Shown here: in pieces, positions 8,163-15,645 of the stretch
Layout of the letters: each line of letters starts with the position of its first letter
How positions within the stretch are numbered: the stretch's first letter is position 1
Source of the DNA: Candidatus Micrarchaeota archaeon
GTDB lineage: Archaea; Micrarchaeota; Micrarchaeia; Norongarragalinales; SBBD01
NCBI GenBank assembly: GCA_038046605.1
Contig: JBBSVW010000100.1
Span: 1-16,244, forward strand
Direction: 5' to 3'
Length of the DNA stretch: 16,244 nucleotides
Position numbers and translations under genes: made by a program
The notes under the pieces: generated by a model
Seen by the model: the letters and a program-made list of their open reading frames with translations, nothing else
The model's database searches: none
What the model was told of the DNA's origin: nothing

Positions 8163-9131
8163 TCAACCTATCTCCTCCCTCACCTTTGCCATGATTTTGT
8201 CCGCAGCAATCAATGCATCAAGCCCGTGCGTGTAATTCGATCCGCCGACCATCTCGTGCCCTCCTCCGCTTCCGTGCAGCTCCCGAGCAACCTCATCCAT
8301 CAGTTTCCCAACATTTATTTTCTTAAGTTCGGGAATCCGGCTTTTCACTGCGGATGCCTTCCCATCCTTCTGGTTGGCAACAACCGCGAAATCGCAGCCT
8401 AATTGGACCAATGCGGCGGCGCAACGGAGTTCGTATGCACCAACCTGGGATTCGGCAATCACAATATCCTTAATCCGTTCGATTTTAGCCCTTTTTACCG
8501 CCTCAATAAGTGCAATTTTCTCGCTCGCATCCACCCTCACATCCAGCAAATCATACATCTCCTGCAATTCCCTTCCTGAAATTTTAAGGCACTCGCCCAG
8601 GGCAATAATTGAGGAAGTGGTTGCGCTTTTCATGTTGGCGGTATCTGAAATGATTCCGGCAGCAATCAAGGTTGCAGTTTCCTTTGAGGGCTTTTTTTTC
8701 ATTGATTTGATGATGCGGTAAACCACTTCGGAACAGCTGGTCTTATCCGCCTCAACATATATTTTTCCATGAAAAGGTGAGTTGTGGGTGTGGTGGTCGA
8801 TTGCGAATAATTTGCCCTTGTAGTTTTCAACCTCCTTTCTCATGTTTCCTAGCAATGAGGGCGTGCTCACGTCCACGAAAATTATATTATCGAAAAGGTC
8901 AAGTGCATCCGGTACAAATGGCTCGAGCTTTAAGTCAAGCCTTCCCCACAATTTGCGCGCCTGCGAATTGACCGTATCTATTCTACGTACCTCCGAATCC
9001 TTTATAGCGGTTTGCAATGCGAATGCGCTGGCAATGGCGTCCACATCCCCCATGGAATGGAATGAGATTGCGGTTTTGCCTTCCAACGACTTAAGCTCGC
9101 TAATAAGCTCCTTTAATGTGAGATGTGCCAT
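8163..9131 (-). CDS. DHH/DHHA1 family phosphoesterase (NrnA/RecJ-like)
   Basis: HSMGDVDA, FVD, IDHH, ISDT and GGGH motifs. Confidence 0.92.
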   Translation of the reverse strand: MAHLTLKELISELKSLEGKTAISFHSMGDVDAIASAFALQTAIKDSEVRRIDTVNSQARKLWGRLDLKLEPFVPDALDLFDNIIFVDVSTPSLLGNMRKEVENYKGKLFAIDHHTHNSPFHGKIYVEADKTSCSEVVYRIIKSMKKKPSKETATLIAAGIISDTANMKSATTSSIIALGECLKISGRELQEMYDLLDVRVDASEKIALIEAVKRAKIERIKDIVIAESQVGAYELRCAAALVQLGCDFAVVANQKDGKASAVKSRIPELKKINVGKLMDEVARELHGSGGGHEMVGGSNYTHGLDALIAADKIMAKVREEIG

Positions 9132-9231
9132 GATTAACTAAATGTTATCCCTATTAAAAAATTAAACGATTTAACGGATGTGGCTATTTTTGGTACTATT
9201 TGAAATGAAGCTTTGCTTATGTGTGATTAAA

Positions 9232-9600
9232 ATGCTTAGAATTACCAGAAACGCCCTGGAAAGCGCCCTAATGGGTGCAAAGAACTGCTACCCTAATGAA
9301 TTCCTTGGGCTTTTCCGTGAAAAGGATGGCATCATTTACGAGCTACTTCTGGCGCCACTAAGCATTTCAGATGAGCATTCCGCCACTTTTCCGGTTTTTT
9401 ACATGCCAACGGATCCCACAATTGTTGCAACCTTCCATTCGCATCCTTCATATGGGGTGGCAAGGCCATCGAATGCGGATAAGGATTTGTTTTCAAGGCA
9501 TTATGGCAGGCACTTCATTGCATCCTTGCCATTTGTAGCCCAATCCACTTATGCGTTTGACAACCGGGGGGAGAGGATTGAGTTTGAAATTATTGACTGA
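9232..9600 (+). CDS. JAB/MPN+ (JAMM) metalloprotease
   Basis: PNEFLG and FHSHPS...PSNAD form the JAMM motif. Start placed at ATG 9232 after GTGA. Confidence 0.9.
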   Translation: MLRITRNALESALMGAKNCYPNEFLGLFREKDGIIYELLLAPLSISDEHSATFPVFYMPTDPTIVATFHSHPSYGVARPSNADKDLFSRHYGRHFIASLPFVAQSTYAFDNRGERIEFEIID

Positions 9601-9621
9601 AAAATTAATTCGCTGAAGGAT

Positions 9622-10518
9622 TTATGGGCGGACTCTTTCCATTGCTTCTTCCCCCTGCCTTTTTTCCCCATCAAGTTCCGGCTTCCTACTCCTTGTTTGC
9701 ACGCCAAACCTGAATAGTGCCTGTTTTGCTCCCCAAAGTAGGGACCTGATTGCGATGCTGCCATGAGAGGCAATTCCCATCTCCTTCTCATATTCACTAA
9801 CATATCTCCTAAATGTCTTTGGGGCGTATCGCTTTAGGGCAAATATTTTTTGTACGCCTTTTCTTGCCCTTAGGCTTTCCTCCTCAAAGGGCTCTTCCCT
9901 GAGAAGGCTTGTAAATAAGTTTGGCAATCCGTTTTCCTTGTCGAGCCTAACGTCCATTATGTCGTCAAAAAACTGGGCAGCCAATCCAAAATGGCGAAAC
10001 CTTCTCTCAATATCGCCCCCGTTTTGAACGCCATGGATCTTGTTCATCAACTTGGCAACTAGGGTGCAATATTCGCCAGTTGTCTTGAGCCTGTAATTGT
10101 AGGTTTCTTTAAATGTTGAAGGCTGTTTTTGTGAGATTGCATTAAGCATCCTTTGCCTACCAACTTGAAAAATCCCATGCAATTCCCTAAGCGGAGCCTG
10201 CGTCCTTGCGCCCTCTAATGACCTGTACACGTGCCTTGCTGAAAATAGCTCGGGATGAAATGGCGCTTTTGCTGGCTGCATTTTCCCTTCGTCGATGATG
10301 TCGTCAAATTTGAAAACGTAGTCCCTAACAGATCTTGCAACAGTTTGCGAGTTAGATTTTAGGATATCCTTTGGTTTTACCCCGCTCATTTCAGCCCAAA
10401 CCATTTGGAATGGCGGTATGCGGGTGCCGCGGTTGGGCACATTGAATAGAAAATAGGCGATATTGGTTCCGAGAACTTTGGCGAATTGAAAAACCATTTC
10501 GGGGTATTCACCTTTCAT
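9622..10518 (-). CDS. Class I isoprenoid synthase-fold protein (polyprenyl synthetase/terpene synthase-like)
   Basis: FDDIID (first Asp-rich motif), KTTG, and FGLAAQFFDDIMD (second Asp-rich motif). ATGA overlap with the upstream DUF424 gene. Confidence 0.75.
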   Translation of the reverse strand: MKGEYPEMVFQFAKVLGTNIAYFLFNVPNRGTRIPPFQMVWAEMSGVKPKDILKSNSQTVARSVRDYVFKFDDIIDEGKMQPAKAPFHPELFSARHVYRSLEGARTQAPLRELHGIFQVGRQRMLNAISQKQPSTFKETYNYRLKTTGEYCTLVAKLMNKIHGVQNGGDIERRFRHFGLAAQFFDDIMDVRLDKENGLPNLFTSLLREEPFEEESLRARKGVQKIFALKRYAPKTFRRYVSEYEKEMGIASHGSIAIRSLLWGAKQALFRFGVQTRSRKPELDGEKRQGEEAMERVRP

Positions 10519-10835
10519 ACGTAATAAATCTGCAGATGCGGAACGCCCTTTATCGTCTTAATGCCCTTTGGGTTAATCGCTATTGCTTTTGTAGCTGCTG
10601 CAATGCTCTTCTTTCCGACCAGATTATAGCTCATGGCGCCTTCCAAAAGGTCGGCTACTTGCCCTTCGGAAACCTTTTCACCGTCATAGAAGCTTCTGTA
10701 TTTGACCAAATCAAGGACCAAATCGCCCTCCTCGAACACTTTGCCTAGCAATTCCTCATCACAGATGGCAACAATTCGCTTGACAACTTCCCTTCCGCCT
10801 TCCATTGTGATGCGCTTGTGCACTTTGGCTTTCAT
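10515..10835 (-). CDS. DUF424 family protein
   Basis: IVAICDEELLGKVFEEG...FYDG...NLVG...IKGVPHLQ. Start placed at ATG 10835. Confidence 0.9.
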   Translation of the reverse strand: MKAKVHKRITMEGGREVVKRIVAICDEELLGKVFEEGDLVLDLVKYRSFYDGEKVSEGQVADLLEGAMSYNLVGKKSIAAATKAIAINPKGIKTIKGVPHLQIYYV

Positions 10836-10927
10836 TTGGTTCAACCTTGAAAAGATGTTATCAAGAGAATGTTGGCGGTTTGAATTAATAATGGTTGGGT
10901 ATAATCGCCGGCAATTACCTCCCAAAA

Positions 10928-10949
10928 CGATGCATCACGTGAAGCATCG
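10928..10949. repeat. 22-bp near-perfect palindrome (TGCnnCACGTGnnGCA family)
   Basis: CGATGCATCACGTGAAGCATCG has one mismatched pair. Confidence 0.85.
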
Positions 10950-10998
10950 ATTGGACCAACTATCGCTTTGGCTTGTATTCGGCAATCTAACAAATAAG

Positions 10999-11014
10999 TG
11001 CATCACGTGCGGCA
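10999..11014. repeat. TGCnnCACGTGnnGCA palindrome copy
   Basis: TGCATCACGTGCGGCA; 15 bp are identical to 14672-14686. Confidence 0.85.
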
Positions 11015-11044
11015 ACAAATCGTTAGGCTTTCGCTAAAATCTAT

Positions 11045-11082
11045 ATGGCTACATTTTACAAAGATGAGGAATTTGTGTCCAT
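11045..11082 (+). repeat. 38-bp inverted-arm element, copy 1
   Basis: ATGGCTACATTTTACAAAGATGAGGAATTTGTGTCCAT; compare 14628-14665 and 15517-15554. Confidence 0.9.
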
Positions 11083-11106
11083 GCTCTCACATAATGAAAA
11101 GGTTAA

Positions 11107-11129
11107 TAAGATTATCTTACCAGTAAGAT
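11107..11129 (+). promoter_or_regulatory. Putative autoregulatory operator of the AbrB-PIN operon
   Basis: Overlapping palindromes TAAGAT-T-ATCTTA and ATCTTAC-CA-GTAAGAT lie between a TATA-like TTAATA and the AGGTGA RBS. Confidence 0.6.
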
Positions 11130-11143
11130 TATAGGTGATAAGG

Positions 11144-11422
11144 ATGGCAGTTCATGTGGAGGTGCAAGTGACAAAAATGTCCTCGAAAGGGCAGGTTGTG
11201 ATTCCGGAGCAAATCCGCGAATCTTTGGGATTGACGGCAGGCTCAGTTTTTGCTGTATACGGGAGGAAGGATGCCGATTCAATTTTGCTCAAAAGGCTGG
11301 TCATGCCTGAACCTGCAAAGGCATTTGAAGAAATGGCAAAATGGGGAACAGCCCATGCAAAAAAGGAAGGCTTAGACGCATCGCCACAGGAAATAGTCCG
11401 GAAGGAGCATCAAGTAAAATAA
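11144..11422 (+). CDS. AbrB/MazE/SpoVT-family antitoxin
   Basis: TKMSSKGQVVIPEQIRESLGLTAG motif. AGGTGA RBS favours ATG 11144. Confidence 0.92.
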   Translation: MAVHVEVQVTKMSSKGQVVIPEQIRESLGLTAGSVFAVYGRKDADSILLKRLVMPEPAKAFEEMAKWGTAHAKKEGLDASPQEIVRKEHQVK

Positions 11423-11436
11423 AGGCATGATTTTTT

Positions 11437-11838
11437 ATGGTGAAAGTTGTTTTCGACACAAACGTCCTGGTTAGCGCTATGCTTTCTAATCGCGGCTCAT
11501 CCTACAAGCTGGTTAGCCTTTGTGCACAGGGTGAATTTACTGGTTATACTTCCGGAGCGCTAATGCTTGAATTCAAGCAAGTAATCCAGCGTGATTTTAA
11601 AGTTCCCATTGAAAGGGCGGAGCAGATGGTTGATGTTTTCCTCCTATTCCTCAAACTTGTGGAGCCTGATGTGCGCCTTAATGTCATTACTGACGAGGCC
11701 GACAACCGAGTTTTGGAATGCGCCCTTGCCGTTTCGGCGGATTACATCTCCTCCTGGGATCCCCACCTAACTGACCTTGGCGAATACCAGAAAACCCGGA
11801 TTTTGAACCCTGGAAAGCTTCTTGCAATTATTGCCTGA
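11437..11838 (+). CDS. PIN-domain (VapC-like) toxin
   Basis: VVFDTNVLVS, E, DEADNRVLECA and ADYISSWDPHL form the acidic PIN active-site pattern. It sits directly after the AbrB gene. Confidence 0.92.
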   Translation: MVKVVFDTNVLVSAMLSNRGSSYKLVSLCAQGEFTGYTSGALMLEFKQVIQRDFKVPIERAEQMVDVFLLFLKLVEPDVRLNVITDEADNRVLECALAVSADYISSWDPHLTDLGEYQKTRILNPGKLLAIIA

Positions 11839-11915
11839 AGGAAAGGAGTCTTAGGTCGGAGTTTAGTTATAATTACAAGTAATTGTAAGCATTTGATAGT
11901 ATTTTCGAATAACGG

Positions 11916-11975
11916 AAGAATCAGAAAAAACCCGCAAACCGTAAAGAAAATAAGAAAAATAAAAAAGAAAGAAAA
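11916..11975 (-). terminator. Conserved pyrimidine-rich terminator-like repeat, copy 1
   Basis: Plus-strand GAATCAGA...AAGAAAAATAAAAAAGAAA is shared with 13480, 14718 and 15601, each lying 3' of a minus-strand gene. Confidence 0.7.
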
Positions 11976-12064
11976 ACAAGTGAAAAAGGATGCCGGCAGT
12001 TGCTGGACTTGCGAAACCAATGCAGCAATCACGGGGAAGCAATCTGCAGGTGCCCTTAGGCAAT

Positions 12065-12334
12065 TCAAGCTATTAAAGTGAGCAATCCATCAACCTGAAA
12101 AATGCCTTCCTGCGTCAAAGAAACAGATTTGTTATCCTCCACCACTAAGTTGCATTTCTTAAGCTCTTCCAGGCCTTTCAGCGAATCTTTCCCTATTTTC
12201 TCCTCTATATGCCTCCTCGATACTTTAGGATTGTATTTTGCCAAATACAGGAGTATGTCTATGTTGTTATTTTCCAATAGGATTTTCTTCAGCATGGTTG
12301 CGTTGTTTTGAAACCTTGCGAGCTCTTCCCCCAT
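12065..12334 (-). CDS. Small winged-helix DNA-binding protein
   Basis: IDILLYL...SRRHIEEKIG...LEELKKCNLV...VSLTQEG wHTH pattern. GAGTGG RBS before ATG 12334. Confidence 0.75.
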   Translation of the reverse strand: MGEELARFQNNATMLKKILLENNNIDILLYLAKYNPKVSRRHIEEKIGKDSLKGLEELKKCNLVVEDNKSVSLTQEGIFQVDGLLTLIA

Positions 12335-12383
12335 ATTTACCACTCATATATTCTATGCAAGAGAGTATTTATCCCTAACTCCC

Positions 12384-13076
12384 TTACTGCGACTGCACTT
12401 TAAACCTTTTCGCATCCAGCCGTTTTTTCCATGGTTCGTAATCCGGGCCCCCAAGGCCCCTGCCCCTATTCGTTTGTTTTTGAATGATGCCTGCCAATCG
12501 GTATATTCGAAGGGCGCTATAAGCCAGTATCTTATCGATTAATTCGCCTTTCCTGCAAGTTATTATCGTTGGGAAATCCTTGAAATATTCGGAAGGGTTG
12601 CTTTTCAGGCTGTTGAATTTGTCCTCGTCAATGAAATATACTATCTTTCCATGGAAGATATAGTTGCTGCTTAAATAGTTTTGCTCGGTTAATGTGCCCT
12701 TTCCATCACCGTCAATGAACACGATCAATTGGTGGACAATGCAGCATTGTTCCAAAATTGCAACCTGGCTCAATCCGCCGGACTTTTTTGGGTCATAATA
12801 GGAGTCGATGGTTTCCGCATAAAGGCCCCGTTCCAGCAGCTTATTTTTTATGTCCAAAAGCAGCTGCTTCTTTTCCTGCGTGAACCAATCCCCAAGAACA
12901 AGGATTTTAAGGCTCCTAAGCAGGATGAATTGTTCCGATTCCTTCTTTTGGAGCTCCTTGCGGATCCTATCCCGGATTTTACCAAATTCAGCGGAATCAA
13001 AATTAGGTATGTTATTCTGCAGTTTCTCCTTGGTTTTGCGGTAGTAGTCGTCCATGCCGTTTCTTACTAAAGGCAT
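12384..13076 (-). CDS. Hypothetical protein with probable nucleoside 2-deoxyribosyltransferase/TIR-like (flavodoxin-like) domain
   Basis: KILVLG...IKNKLLERG...LIVFID...GTLTE...KIVYF resembles the NDT strand/helix order with a G-T-x-x-E motif. The CDS is solid; the fold is inferred. Confidence 0.6.
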   Translation of the reverse strand: MPLVRNGMDDYYRKTKEKLQNNIPNFDSAEFGKIRDRIRKELQKKESEQFILLRSLKILVLGDWFTQEKKQLLLDIKNKLLERGLYAETIDSYYDPKKSGGLSQVAILEQCCIVHQLIVFIDGDGKGTLTEQNYLSSNYIFHGKIVYFIDEDKFNSLKSNPSEYFKDFPTIITCRKGELIDKILAYSALRIYRLAGIIQKQTNRGRGLGGPDYEPWKKRLDAKRFKVQSQ

Positions 13077-13101
13077 TAGCCCAAAACTTAATAATTATAG
13101 C

Positions 13102-13190
13102 GAATAAGGCAATTATTGGAACTTTTCCTTGCCTTATTCTCATATAGCGGTTTTATTTGATAGTTCCGATATTTTACTTAACCGCTATAT
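13102..13190. repeat. Two adjacent perfect 11-bp inverted repeats
   Basis: GAATAAGGCAA/TTGCCTTATTC (13102-13112, 13129-13139) and ATATAGCGGTT/AACCGCTATAT (13142-13152, 13180-13190). Confidence 0.85.
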
Positions 13191-13479
13191 ACTCCTTGCA
13201 GGAACTGTCCGAAAGACAACCGATTACATTTTTGAGGCTCTTATAGATGCATGCACCGGCATTTTTTCAAAATTTCCGCGTTGCAATTCAACTTTATGGT
13301 TCCATTTCTATGATATAGCCGTAGTTTACCGGAAGGATCCCACTTGCCTTCTATTCTGTCATATTAGAGGGAGGGTGTAGTTGCCTCAAAGAAACGGTTA
13401 TGAGTTGCGAACTGTATTATGTCATCAGCTTATCGTTTCAAACCCAACCATCCGCTCTAAGCCTGCCGCTAACCAGTTG

Positions 13480-13578
13480 AAACCAAAGAATCAGAATAAC
13501 GCCGGAAACCAAAAGAAAAGAAGAAAAATAAAAAAGAAAAGGGGAGATTTGCGGAGCCTTGCCTCTAAAGAATCCGTC
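13480..13578 (-). repeat. Terminator-like repeat copy 2 with a diverged pilin C-terminal remnant
   Basis: 13480-13544 closely matches 14718-14791. Minus-strand 13578-13549 translates to DGFFRGKAPQ versus the pilin end GGFVRGKVG*. Confidence 0.75.
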
Positions 13579-13616
13579 ATTTTTCCATCCCATGGTTCCT
13601 CTTCTGGTAAACCCCC

Positions 13617-14531
13617 TTATTCAAACGCCGAAAGCCACAAATCAAGGGATTGTTCAACATCGGAAGCAATAAGCATCGCAAATGGCCAAAAATCCCCAGA
13701 ATCCGCCTTATCGAGAGCCGAATAGTATGCGCGCCTTTCCTCCTTCCTTAGTATGGTGGGCGGGAAACTGCCTTTCATAAGCCGCAGGTTCATTAGGAGC
13801 CTTGCAAGCCTTCCATTGCCGTCAACAAATGGATGGACTTTGACGGTTTGGTAGTGGATTTTTACGGCCGATTCTAGGGCTTTAATGCCAGTACTCTTAT
13901 CGTTCAGCTCCCCATAAACTGGCTGCATCAATTCGGGCACTTTCCTCCAATTCGGCAAGGTAATTTTTGACCCTTCGATGTAAACCTGCTCGTGCCGATA
14001 AAAGCCGGCGTTTAGGGGGTCGATTTTATCCAATATTGCGGCATGAAGGCTAAGCACATCCATTTCCGTTATTTGCGCGTTTTTGGCGGCGATTTTTTCC
14101 AATAGTTGCAGGGCATCCTTATGGTTCGTCGCCTCAAGGTGTTCCTTTAATGATTTTCCCCGGATCGTTAGGCCCCTTCGTAAAACAAGCCACGTTTCCC
14201 TTAAACTTAGGCGGTTTCCCTCTATTGCGTTGGAATGATAAGTCATGTCCACCTCGAATTTTTGTTTAAGCTTTTCCACTGCAGAGGGTGGCAGGGGCCG
14301 AAGCGAATTAAGCTTTTTCAGCTTCTCTTCAAGTATTCTGGCAAGCGAGCTTTCGATCCATCCGCCTTCCTTGGGAATGGCCAAACCTTCCGCCTTGGCG
14401 TAATCCTCCGCTTCCCTCTTCGTTGGGAAGTATTTCAGGGCTTTTTGCGAAACCTTGCCCTTAACCCTTGTGTTTTCCACCAATTCGTAATAGTGCGAGT
14501 TGCCTTTGCGCTTTCTCCGGATGAATGCCAT
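13617..14531 (-). CDS. fic: Fic-family protein (AMP transferase) with N-terminal beta-rich basic domain
   Basis: Canonical HPFVDGNGRLAR motif and autoinhibitory SNAIEGN motif N-terminal to the core. Confidence 0.95.
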   Translation of the reverse strand: MAFIRRKRKGNSHYYELVENTRVKGKVSQKALKYFPTKREAEDYAKAEGLAIPKEGGWIESSLARILEEKLKKLNSLRPLPPSAVEKLKQKFEVDMTYHSNAIEGNRLSLRETWLVLRRGLTIRGKSLKEHLEATNHKDALQLLEKIAAKNAQITEMDVLSLHAAILDKIDPLNAGFYRHEQVYIEGSKITLPNWRKVPELMQPVYGELNDKSTGIKALESAVKIHYQTVKVHPFVDGNGRLARLLMNLRLMKGSFPPTILRKEERRAYYSALDKADSGDFWPFAMLIASDVEQSLDLWLSAFE

Positions 14532-14627
14532 GCCATATTGTAGTGCCTACTTGTTTTTAAGTTTATCTGTTTTACTTCCCCACTACACTAAAGTGCATCT
14601 TTGGAATTAACTCTCGAAAGGCCCCCT

Positions 14628-14665
14628 ATGGCTACATTTTCAAATATTGTGGAAATTGTGTCCAT
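14628..14665 (+). repeat. 38-bp inverted-arm element, copy 2
   Basis: ATGGCTACATTTTCAAATATTGTGGAAATTGTGTCCAT. Confidence 0.9.
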
Positions 14666-14670
14666 TTGAG

Positions 14671-14686
14671 CGCATCACGTGCGGCA
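14671..14686. repeat. TGCnnCACGTGnnGCA palindrome copy
   Basis: CGCATCACGTGCGGCA. Confidence 0.8.
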
Positions 14687-14717
14687 GTGATCACATAGGG
14701 CTTTGGCAAATGGATGA

Positions 14718-14809
14718 AAACCAAAGAATCAGAAAAAAAGCCGGAAACCAAAAAGAAAAGAAGAAAAATAAAAAAGAAAGGGAAAAGGGGGAATTAACCC
14801 ACCTTTCCA
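14718..14809 (-). repeat. Terminator-like repeat copy 3 with an exact duplicate of the pilin 3' end
   Basis: TTAACCCACCTTTCCA at 14794-14809 is identical to 15646-15661 (GKVG* plus 1 nt) and abuts the purine tract. Confidence 0.9.
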
Positions 14810-14839
14810 AGGGGCAAACATCGGTATTGGCGAAAAGCT

Positions 14840-15202
14840 TCATTTCTTCCTATAGCCGAATATCTTATCATAGGAGTCGTGGTCGATAATGTTCAATATG
14901 AACGCCACAACTTCAATTTCGTTCCCATCCATCGTATATAGCATGCGCCAATAGCCTGTCAACTCAATCCTGAATAGGTTTGTTACATCCATGGCTCTCG
15001 GGATGAGCTTTTTGGGTATGTTGTCGCCATATGTGGGGTTAATTTTGAGGATTTCTATCTTCTGCCTGATTGATTTGAGCAGTTGCAGTTCCTCAGAATT
15101 GGCTATGCCTTTTGCTTGCTGCTCTCCTACGATCCGATTCAGCTTCTCGAATTCTTCCTTGGCCTGGCCCTTCAAAAGAATGTGGACGGTCCGGTTTTTC
15201 AT
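14840..15202 (-). CDS. RelE/ParE-like toxin
   Basis: LKINPTYG...NLFRIELTGYWRMLY...ILNIIDHDSYD fits a RelE-type pattern. ATGA overlap with the upstream gene. Confidence 0.7.
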   Translation of the reverse strand: MKNRTVHILLKGQAKEEFEKLNRIVGEQQAKGIANSEELQLLKSIRQKIEILKINPTYGDNIPKKLIPRAMDVTNLFRIELTGYWRMLYTMDGNEIEVVAFILNIIDHDSYDKIFGYRKK

Positions 15203-15468
15203 ATCTCCAATGCGCCTTTTTTCAGTTTCTCAAGCTCGGAAGGTGCACGGTAAATCCAGAGCAGCCCCTTGGTCGAAACGAGTATTTTGCCGCTCTCCTG
15301 AAGGTAATCCAGAATCTGCAATAATGTGGAATGCATCACTTTCTTCGGAAGCCGCCTTTTCAGTTCTGCAACCTTCACCAACTGGCCCGCTTCATTCAAA
15401 ACCTTCTCTACCATCAGCACGGTATTCAATGTTGGGGAGTGCATTATCTGCATCTGAACGCTTTTCAT
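15199..15468 (-). CDS. Small winged-helix protein, putative antitoxin/regulator
   Basis: AELKRRL...HSTLLQILDYLQESGKI HTH pattern. TTTATATA box at 15491-15498 is about 23 nt upstream of ATG 15468, implying a leaderless start. Translationally coupled to the RelE-like gene. Confidence 0.75.
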   Translation of the reverse strand: MKSVQMQIMHSPTLNTVLMVEKVLNEAGQLVKVAELKRRLPKKVMHSTLLQILDYLQESGKILVSTKGLLWIYRAPSELEKLKKGALEI

Positions 15469-15516
15469 GTATGTATTTATGCTAATTAGGTATATAAATA
15501 TATCTATTATTCCCAT

Positions 15517-15554
15517 ATGGCTACATTTTACACTAATGAGAAGTTTGTGTTCAT
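15517..15554 (+). repeat. 38-bp inverted-arm element, copy 3
   Basis: ATGGCTACATTTTACACTAATGAGAAGTTTGTGTTCAT. Confidence 0.9.
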
Positions 15555-15600
15555 CTGGACGCCAGTGCCGGAAAAAGCTCCGCTCACGGATAAAAAAATT

Positions 15601-15644
15601 GAATCAGGAAAAAAGAAGAAAAATAAAAAAGAAAGAAAAGGGGG
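15601..15644 (-). terminator. Pilin terminator (terminator-like repeat copy 4)
   Basis: Minus-strand CCCCCTTTTCTTTCTTTTTTATTTTTCTTCTTTTTT follows the pilin stop directly. Confidence 0.75.
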
Positions 15645-15645
15645 C

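Noticed and set aside
13077-13479. Retron msr/msd interpretation of the leader upstream of the NDT-like gene
   Set aside because: No reverse transcriptase is in the window, and the inverted repeats do not bracket the region as retron a1/a2 arms do.
14400-14531. Fic N-terminus as an IS element
   Set aside because: No DDE catalytic domain or terminal inverted repeats; the segment is fused in frame to an intact Fic domain.
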